Below are positions 36,286 through 42,444 of a stretch of 42,444 bases of DNA, piece after piece. Position 1 is the first letter of the stretch. Each line of letters begins with the position of its first letter. This DNA comes from Candidatus Aegiribacteria sp. (GTDB lineage: Bacteria; Fermentibacterota; Fermentibacteria; Fermentibacterales; JCC-6): assembly GCA_030610085.1 (NCBI GenBank), contig JAUWSL010000003.1:1-42444 (forward strand), in the 5' to 3' direction. The notes below the pieces were generated by a model. It did not search any database and was not told the DNA's origin. It saw only the letters and a program-made list of their open reading frames with translations. A program made the translations under genes and the position numbers.

Positions 36286-37494
36286 ATGCCCATCTCTTCT
36301 AAACTGCTCATGCTGATCACCGGCAGTCTACAGGGAAACAGTCAGCGGCTGGATCTGCTATCGTACCTGAATGATACCGGGTTTGGTCAGGTTGAGACAG
36401 GTAATATCGTAATGATAGTCATAGGCCTCGTTATGATTTACCTGGCCATCAAAAAGGATTACGAGCCCCTTCTTCTTGTGCCTATCGGATTCGGCATGAT
36501 AGCTGGCAACATACCTTACAATCCTGAGCTGATGCCGATCGGTTACCAGGACATTCTCGGTGGTCAGCAGTCGGTCTTCAGCCTGTTCTACTTCGGAGTG
36601 AAGAGCGGCCTCTTTCCTCCTCTGATCTTCCTTGGCATAGGGGCCATGACCGATTTCAGCGCACTGCTCTCCAACCCCAAACTGCTGCTTCTGGGGGCGG
36701 CAGCCCAGATAGGCATATTCATCACACTGCTGGGATCGCTATTACTGGGATTTAACCTGCAGGAGGCTGCTTCCATCGGGATTATCGGGGGTGCCGACGG
36801 ACCTACCGCGATATTCGTTGCCAGCCAGATGTCCCCGACCCTTCTGGGAGCAATAGCGATTGCGGCATATTCGTATATGGGTCTTGTACCCGTCATACAG
36901 CCTCCGATCATGAGGCTTCTTACTACGAAGGAAGAGCGTCTGCGAAGGATGAAGCCCGTCCGCAGGGTTTCACATACGGAGAAGATACTGTTTCCAATAA
37001 TTGCCTTCCTCATAACGTCGTTCATCGCTCCGGGAGCCATCACTCTTCTGGGTATGCTTTTCTTCGGAAACCTTCTGAAGGAAAGCGGAGTAACCGACAG
37101 GCTGGCCAGAAGTGCACAGGGCTCCCTTAACAACATAGTGGTCATACTTCTTGGATTTGCTGTGGGGACCAGTACCCAGGCGAGTTATTTCCTTACTCTG
37201 GATTCTCTTAAGATATTCATACTTGGAGCTGTCAGTTTCTCGATCGCTACAGCCGGTGGTGTTCTCTTCGCCAAGCTAATGAACCTTTTTCTCAAGGGAG
37301 ACAACAAGATCAATCCTCTTATCGGGGCGGCCGGTGTATCTGCTGTTCCCGATTCCGCAAGGGTTGTGGAGATAGAGGGAAGGAAGTATGACAGGAACAA
37401 CCACCTTCTCATGCATGCAATGGCGCCTAATGTTGCTGGAGTTATCGGAAGTGCCATAGCTGCAGGAGTGCTTCTGAGCATTGTTCCTCACTAG
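36286..37494 (+). CDS. mmdB: Na+-translocating decarboxylase beta subunit
   Basis: YEPLLLVPIGFG, IFLGIGAMTDF, IGIIGGADGPT, GAAGVSAVP, HAMAPNVAGVIGSA. Confidence 0.95.
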   Translation: MPISSKLLMLITGSLQGNSQRLDLLSYLNDTGFGQVETGNIVMIVIGLVMIYLAIKKDYEPLLLVPIGFGMIAGNIPYNPELMPIGYQDILGGQQSVFSLFYFGVKSGLFPPLIFLGIGAMTDFSALLSNPKLLLLGAAAQIGIFITLLGSLLLGFNLQEAASIGIIGGADGPTAIFVASQMSPTLLGAIAIAAYSYMGLVPVIQPPIMRLLTTKEERLRRMKPVRRVSHTEKILFPIIAFLITSFIAPGAITLLGMLFFGNLLKESGVTDRLARSAQGSLNNIVVILLGFAVGTSTQASYFLTLDSLKIFILGAVSFSIATAGGVLFAKLMNLFLKGDNKINPLIGAAGVSAVPDSARVVEIEGRKYDRNNHLLMHAMAPNVAGVIGSAIAAGVLLSIVPH

Positions 37495-37507
37495 GAAAGG
37501 AAAAGAG

Positions 37508-38476
37508 ATGTCCGGACCCGGAGAGTACGATTACCTTGTTACAGGAGGAGCAGGATTTATAGGATCACACCTCTGTGAGCTACTTCTTTCAAGGGGGAAA
37601 AGTGTTCTGGTGCTTGATGATCTCTCAACCGGAAGCCTTTCAAATCTTGATGGATGTTCCGATAACCCTGCGTTCAGGCTGGTTGTAGGTTCCGTTCTTA
37701 ACGAATCTCTGACAAAGGGGCTTGTGCATCAATCACGAACCATCATCCACCTTGCTGCCGCGGTAGGAGTGGAGAACATCATCCGGCAGCCCGTGGAGAC
37801 CATCGAAACCAATGTAAAAGGGACCGAGAACGTTCTGATGGCTGCCGAATCCTGCGGTACGCCTGTTTTCATCGCATCAACTTCCGAAATCTACGGTAAA
37901 AGCGAAAAAGTACCCTTCCGTGAGGATGGGGACATCGTTCTCGGGGCTACCAGCAGAAGCAGGTGGAGTTACGCCTGCTCCAAGGCTATAGACGAATTCC
38001 TTGCTCTGGCATACTGGAAATCCAAGAGCCTGCCTGTTGTGATCGGGCGGCTTTTCAATACGGTAGGACCCCGTCAATCGGGAAGGTACGGTATGGTCCT
38101 TCCCAGATTCATTGAACAGGCTGTCAGCGATCAACCCATAACTGTATTCGGCGATGGCAAACAGACCAGATGTTTCAGCATGGTCTACGAAATAGTGGAG
38201 GCTATCGTTTCGCTTATTGAAAATCCCGATGCTGTCGGCAAAGTTATCAATATCGGATCGACCGGTGAAATATCAATAAGCGAACTTGCTGAGAAGGTCA
38301 GGAAAATATCAGGCTCCAGTTCAGAGATAGTGCTCATTCCATACGAAGAAGCATATCCTGATGACTTCGAGGATATGCGCAGGAGAGCTCCCGATGTGTC
38401 TCTTCTTCGTACCCTTACCGGAAAAGTACCGGTAGCGGACATCGATACTATCATCCGTGAAATCCTCGATAAGTGA
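37508..38476 (+). CDS. NAD-dependent nucleotide-sugar epimerase/dehydratase
   Basis: TGGAGFIG, HLAAAVGV, STSEIYG, YACSK, RLFNTVGPRQ. Confidence 0.93.
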   Translation: MSGPGEYDYLVTGGAGFIGSHLCELLLSRGKSVLVLDDLSTGSLSNLDGCSDNPAFRLVVGSVLNESLTKGLVHQSRTIIHLAAAVGVENIIRQPVETIETNVKGTENVLMAAESCGTPVFIASTSEIYGKSEKVPFREDGDIVLGATSRSRWSYACSKAIDEFLALAYWKSKSLPVVIGRLFNTVGPRQSGRYGMVLPRFIEQAVSDQPITVFGDGKQTRCFSMVYEIVEAIVSLIENPDAVGKVINIGSTGEISISELAEKVRKISGSSSEIVLIPYEEAYPDDFEDMRRRAPDVSLLRTLTGKVPVADIDTIIREILDK

Positions 38477-38479
38477 AAA

Positions 38480-39301
38480 ATGCAGTTTAAGGTTATCAGC
38501 CCTTCTAATACGAGGCTGAAAATCGCGAGAAGCCTTCACTCCAGAACCGGAATTCTGAAGCACGGTCTTTTTCTGATGGAGGGGCCAAGGTTCGTATCCG
38601 ATTACCTGCAGAGAGGAACACCGGAATGGATAATTATTTCAGAAGAAGCCTCTCCTCCGGCAGCAGCTGCAGCCGAAGGAGCTGACCATAGAAGCATCGA
38701 TGTTCTCGAAGTTCCACGGAAGCTCTTTGCCGGTATTTCAGGCACTGAGACTTCGCAGGGAATCACCGCTGTCTGCCAGCTCCCTTCTGTGACTGCGGAC
38801 AATATACCGCGGGAAGGAGTCTTCCTTCTGCTGGACGGGATATCGGACCCCGGCAACATGGGCACCATTCTAAGGTCAGCGGCCGCTTTCGGGTGTACAG
38901 CCGTGATAGCGGGCAGGGACAGCTGCTGCCCGTTTACTCCCAAGGTCACTCGGGCTGCCGCAGGCATGAACTCGGCAGTGCCGGTCATTTTCGATGCTGA
39001 TCTTGCCGCTTTCATGCGTAATAATTCACATGAGATGGAATTCATCGGAGCCGATGCTTCGGGCGAATCAACCGACCGGCTTCATAGAAATGAAAGGTGC
39101 ATTGGTCTGGTTATAGGCTCGGAAGCCCGCGGAATCTCCGAAGACACAGGAAAGCATCTCAGCGGGACAGTTGCCATACCCATGGCAGAGGGAGTGGAAT
39201 CCCTTAACGCCGCCGTCAGCGCGTCGATACTTCTTTACGAGCTGGGGTCGAAGATGGGGCCGGGCCGAACATTTAAACATTTTTCAATGTTTCTTCAGTA
39301 A
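38480..39301 (+). CDS. TrmH/SpoU-family RNA methyltransferase
   Basis: DPGNMGTILRSA, IGSEARG, IPM...ESLNAAVS. Confidence 0.92.
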   Translation: MQFKVISPSNTRLKIARSLHSRTGILKHGLFLMEGPRFVSDYLQRGTPEWIIISEEASPPAAAAAEGADHRSIDVLEVPRKLFAGISGTETSQGITAVCQLPSVTADNIPREGVFLLLDGISDPGNMGTILRSAAAFGCTAVIAGRDSCCPFTPKVTRAAAGMNSAVPVIFDADLAAFMRNNSHEMEFIGADASGESTDRLHRNERCIGLVIGSEARGISEDTGKHLSGTVAIPMAEGVESLNAAVSASILLYELGSKMGPGRTFKHFSMFLQ

Positions 39302-39330
39302 CGAATGTTTAAATGTTAGGCCCGGCCCCA
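39255..39330. repeat. 76-bp inverted repeat (27-bp arms) straddling the TrmH/NlpC junction
   Basis: TGGGGCCGGGCCGAACATTTAAACATT (39255-39281) versus the reverse complement of 39304-39330: one mismatch; 22-nt spacer. Confidence 0.9.
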
Positions 39331-39834
39331 ATTTTAATTTACGTACTCTTTCTGGCGCTGCCTGTTTTACCGGAGTCATCCGGGGAAGCTTTCATCAGCA
39401 CAATTGAGGGATTCTTAAGGAACATGGATTCATCACTCGAGACAGAGGAGGAGACAAGCTCAACACTGGAGAGCATCCTGAACGATGCCGTCTCCTATCT
39501 TGGCGTACCCTACGTGTACGGTGGAGCTGACAGCAGCGGGTTCGATTGCAGCGGCCTGGCATGGAGGGTATTCAATGACAACGGTATTCCTCTGCCGCGT
39601 ACCGTCAGTGCTATGGAAACGTCTGGAATTGCGGTTGACCGGGAAGACCTGCAGCCGGGAGATCTGCTGGTATTCGACGATCCGAAGCACACCGGCATAT
39701 ACCTGGGGGACGGGGAATTCATTCACTGTTCGTCATACCTTGACCGTGGCGTAGTGATAACTCCCCTGAGCCATTCGAACTACTCCCGCAGGTACTCCTC
39801 CGCCAGGAGAGTTCTGGGCATCGATCCGGATTAA
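39313..39834 (+). CDS. NlpC/P60 (C40) peptidase
   Basis: YLGVPYVYGG, FDCSG, LPRT, PGDLLVF, HTGIYLG, FIH; hydrophobic N-terminus. Confidence 0.92.
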   Translation: MLGPAPILIYVLFLALPVLPESSGEAFISTIEGFLRNMDSSLETEEETSSTLESILNDAVSYLGVPYVYGGADSSGFDCSGLAWRVFNDNGIPLPRTVSAMETSGIAVDREDLQPGDLLVFDDPKHTGIYLGDGEFIHCSSYLDRGVVITPLSHSNYSRRYSSARRVLGIDPD

Positions 39835-39864
39835 GATCAGAAAAAACTTTTTATTGAAAACGAA

Positions 39865-39897
39865 TTGGGCCGGACGATCAATGACCGGCCGGCCCAA
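39865..39897 (-). terminator. probable terminator of the minus-strand gene
   Basis: TTGGGCCGG...CCGGCCCAA hairpin followed on the minus strand by TTCGTTTT. Confidence 0.6.
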
Positions 39898-39918
39898 AGC
39901 ACTGCCGTCTGGTTCGGC

Positions 39919-40944
39919 CTAGAGTTTTGTAACCAGCGTTCTCATCTCCAGATCATCCTGACTGACGGCGTGTATCAGGTAGGTGCCGACGGGAGCAGTT
40001 TCACCGGATGCCGTCCTTCCGTCCCAGGTGAAGGAGGCACAGACCGCCAGTTCCGTTCTTAGGACGGTACGGCCCGACAGGTCGTAAATGGTCAGATCAA
40101 CCGGTTCGGAAGCACCGGTCACCGATATGCTGACCGAGCCATAGAAGGGATTGGCAGAAACCGTCAGATCTGCCTGTTCCACCGGCAGGCCGCCTTCTTC
40201 TGCGATCCCGGTTGTGATGTCGATCTTGTAGATCTTATCGACGTTCTCATCACTTACCCAGAGGTAGCCGTCAGTATCGAAGCAGAGCCCTCTGGGCATG
40301 ATATCTGCAGGCAGATGGGACTCCGGAATGTAGTCCACCAGCAAATTACCGGTGCAGTAAGCCTTTATAGGACTTTCTGCGGCATCCGTTGCCACCCAGA
40401 TGTCACCGGTACCACTATTGTTTTCATACGCGATGTCATAGTGAGAGATAAGCGCCGGAAGATCATCAATGTAGGGATACGTCTGAACGTAACCGGAGCT
40501 GCTGAAGTACTCGACCACTGGATCTCCGTAATAACCGTTCCCTAGAACGTAAGTGAAATTACCGCCGGAAGCGAGACCAGTCACCGACTGGTATAGCGCG
40601 CTTCCTCAACAGGTAGAGTCGTACAGCCCCTGGTAGGCTCCCGAGGTGGAGTATCTGTATACGTAGCCGTGGTAGACTCCGATATCGGCGCGGAGTATGT
40701 GCAGTGTGTCCCCCTTGATGGCCAGGCCGCTGGGAGTACCTCCGTAAGGGAAGTAGAAGGAGCTGAGGACGGAACCGTTTGAAGGATCCATCTCGTAAAC
40801 GTAGGAGGTCGTGCCGTCTACTGCCCACAGGCTGCCTGATCCGTACGCCAGCCCGGTAATTCCTGTATCCGGAGCATCGATGGTAAGAACGACACCGGCT
40901 CCGAATGCCGCGGGAACCAGTGCTAGTAGAATGATTAACTTCAT
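39919..40944 (-). CDS. secreted beta-propeller protein with T9SS/FlgD-like C-terminal domain; predicted selenoprotein (UGA at codon 113, C-U-G)
   Basis: ORFs 40606-40944 and 39919-40584 are in the same frame, separated only by TGA plus GSALYQS; signal peptide in the first part, sorting-like domain in the second; SECIS-like hairpin directly after the TGA. Confidence 0.8.
40567..40605 (-). promoter_or_regulatory. candidate bacterial SECIS element
   Basis: UGA-GGAAGCG-cgcuau-ACCAGUC-GGU-GACUGGU-cu-CGCUUCC: two perfect 7-bp stems, with a G-initiated apical loop 20 nt after UGA. Confidence 0.78.
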
Positions 40945-41023
40945 TTAATCTCCCTTCTTCAGTAAATCAAACGTATGCACTACTTAAAAGATTGTCTCCA
41001 TTCCTGATACTGTCAAGCGGACT

Positions 41024-41083
41024 GGATCTCTCCCGGGAGAGATCCGGGTGTCCGGATAAAGAAGCAACTGTATCCCGGATCTC
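41024..41083. repeat. perfect 22-bp palindrome with an overlapping second inverted repeat
   Basis: GGATCTCTCCCGGGAGAGATCC (41024-41045); GAGATCCGGG (41039-41048) also pairs with CCCGGATCTC (41074-41083). Confidence 0.8.
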
Positions 41084-41332
41084 ATATATACTAATTTAAT
41101 AGGGATTTAAGTAATGCAGGAAGGATTGACAAAGAAATTCATCTGAATTATCTATTTATGGAGGATATAATGAGCAAGCAATCATTAGCAAAAGCTGCGT
41201 TCTTTAGAATAAATAACTGTCAAACCTTCCCGCCTTCATTTTTCGTCCTACCTTACAAAGAACCAGCAAAGTCACGAGCAGTTCTTATTTATCAAGATGC
41301 GGACTGCATTATCCAGAGGAAGGGGAAATGAA

Positions 41333-42444
41333 ATGACAAGAAGAAAACAGTTTTCGCTGTGCATCTGCGCAGCTGTTCTTCTGGCTTTATCCTCAAGCGC
41401 CGCCGCCAGGGGATTGCAGCCCCTGTTTATGCCTTTACCGTCCGGTACGGACGTGCGGCCCGATACTGTATCAGTGCTGCACTCCATCGGTAATATCAGC
41501 TCAGTTGTTATGAACATGGGGATATGGGGACATGGACCTTGGGGTGGGCCTCACACGGCCCTGGAATGGCCGAGCGGTTCCGGCAGCGACTATCTTTGGA
41601 GAGGGGAACTCTGGAGCTGCTGCTTCGGTGATATCACACCCGGAGGTTCCACTGACAAATGGGCGAGCTGTGCCGGTTACGGAAACCTGGAATTACAGCC
41701 GAGCGAAGGATATCCCATGGAGTACATGCTGCCCGGACCGCTGGCTCCGGAGCAGTCGCAGTACGGTGCCGATGACTGGGATCCGCTGTACAACACTGAT
41801 CCATACGGGCTTGGCATCTGGGTGGAGAACTACACATGGGACACACCTGGATTCGATAACTTCATGGCCACGGAGATCGTCTTCACGCATCACAGCGATC
41901 AGGGCAACCCGGGTGTCCCGCTTGACGCCTTCGTCGCCGGGATCATGGGGGATTGCGATGTCGCCACTGCTGATGTGACTGAACCTCATCTTGATGATCT
42001 TGCCTACTACGACGGGCACGCTATCTGGTGCAACGATCCGGATGCGACATTCGAATATGTCTTCGATGGTTCGGTCAATGCGAGCACTCAGGACGATTAC
42101 ACCTACCAGCAGAACCCTGACAATCCGCTGCCACCGGGTGATCCCGATAACATCTGGTACCACTACAACTACTTTGGAACAGACGGAGTCCCGGACAACG
42201 ATGTGGACCAGAACGGCGTGAGTGACCATTTTACAATTCTGGCGAAGGTTGTCGGCACTGACACACTTTACAGGCAGGATCCTGAATCAGGTGTTATACT
42301 GTTCGCAGAAGGAATGCCGTACTGGCACTGCAGCCATACAGTGAGCGATACTACTTACCTTGTGGTTCCAAGGAATCTCGGTTACATGTGGGACGGCGAT
42401 TATCCCGGAAGTTCTGAAGATGATTCGGGAGAACCGCTTCTGAG
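41333..42444 (+). CDS. 5' part of a large secreted acidic protein (runs off the window; absent from the ORF track)
   Basis: Manual translation is open for 370 codons: MTRRKQFSLCICAAVLLALSSSAAA signal peptide, then HSIGNISSVVMNMG, LEWPSGSGSDYLWRGELW and Asp-rich loops (DGVPDNDVDQNGVSD). Confidence 0.85.
   Translation, partial: MTRRKQFSLCICAAVLLALSSSAAARGLQPLFMPLPSGTDVRPDTVSVLHSIGNISSVVMNMGIWGHGPWGGPHTALEWPSGSGSDYLWRGELWSCCFGDITPGGSTDKWASCAGYGNLELQPSEGYPMEYMLPGPLAPEQSQYGADDWDPLYNTDPYGLGIWVENYTWDTPGFDNFMATEIVFTHHSDQGNPGVPLDAFVAGIMGDCDVATADVTEPHLDDLAYYDGHAIWCNDPDATFEYVFDGSVNASTQDDYTYQQNPDNPLPPGDPDNIWYHYNYFGTDGVPDNDVDQNGVSDHFTILAKVVGTDTLYRQDPESGVILFAEGMPYWHCSHTVSDTTYLVVPRNLGYMWDGDYPGSSEDDSGEPLL

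Noticed and set aside
39919-40584. Independent 221-aa gene starting at GTG 40584
   Set aside because: No properly spaced RBS, the GTG is buried in the hairpin, and the product would have a secretion-type tail with no signal peptide.
10594-40608. Genome-wide reassignment of TGA (code 4 or 25) as the explanation for the in-frame TGA
   Set aside because: TGA is a normal stop here: (A/G)TGA stop-start overlaps occur at 10594-10597, 12145-12148, 25707-25710 and 35433-35436, and the long genes contain no internal TGA.
1290-42229. The many overlapping opposite-strand or alternate-frame ORFs in the track (e.g. 1290-1850, 2227-2799, 5675-6313, 6815-7555, 24285-25004, 32819-33463, 41532-41978, 41693-42229)
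   Set aside because: They are shadows of well-supported genes, with no recognisable motifs or RBS.

Overview
Gene-dense bacterial chromosome window using the standard genetic code, from a probable anaerobe. Secreted proteins with T9SS/FlgD-type C-terminal domains and a short '...T(W/F)GxIKxLF' tail suggest an FCB-superphylum candidate lineage such as Fermentibacteria (inference). From left to right it holds: a 56-bp tandem repeat downstream of a sigma70-like promoter; a secreted beta-propeller protein; an ECF sigma/anti-sigma operon whose first gene is broken by an in-frame TAA; a secreted esterase; a carbamoyltransferase-SxtJ-like-DUF5989 triad; a large helical-repeat protein; a PadR-led DUF5320/NifX/NifX/Cys-rich/2x ferredoxin-ATPase operon; a DMT transporter, PAS hybrid kinase and phosphohexomutase; a secreted papain-family protease, tldD/pmbA, nitroreductase, pepP, tadA, a metallophosphoesterase, a giant GNAT protein and prs; a methylmalonyl-CoA mutase-accessory/Na+-pumping decarboxylase operon; an epimerase, TrmH and NlpC/P60; and two secreted proteins. 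Best finding: the two minus-strand ORFs 40606-40944 and 39919-40584 are one reading frame interrupted by a single TGA in a Cys-UGA-Gly context, followed immediately by a hairpin with bacterial SECIS geometry. This predicts a 341-aa secreted beta-propeller selenoprotein with a T9SS-like sorting domain. No tRNA, rRNA, CRISPR array or transposase was recognised.
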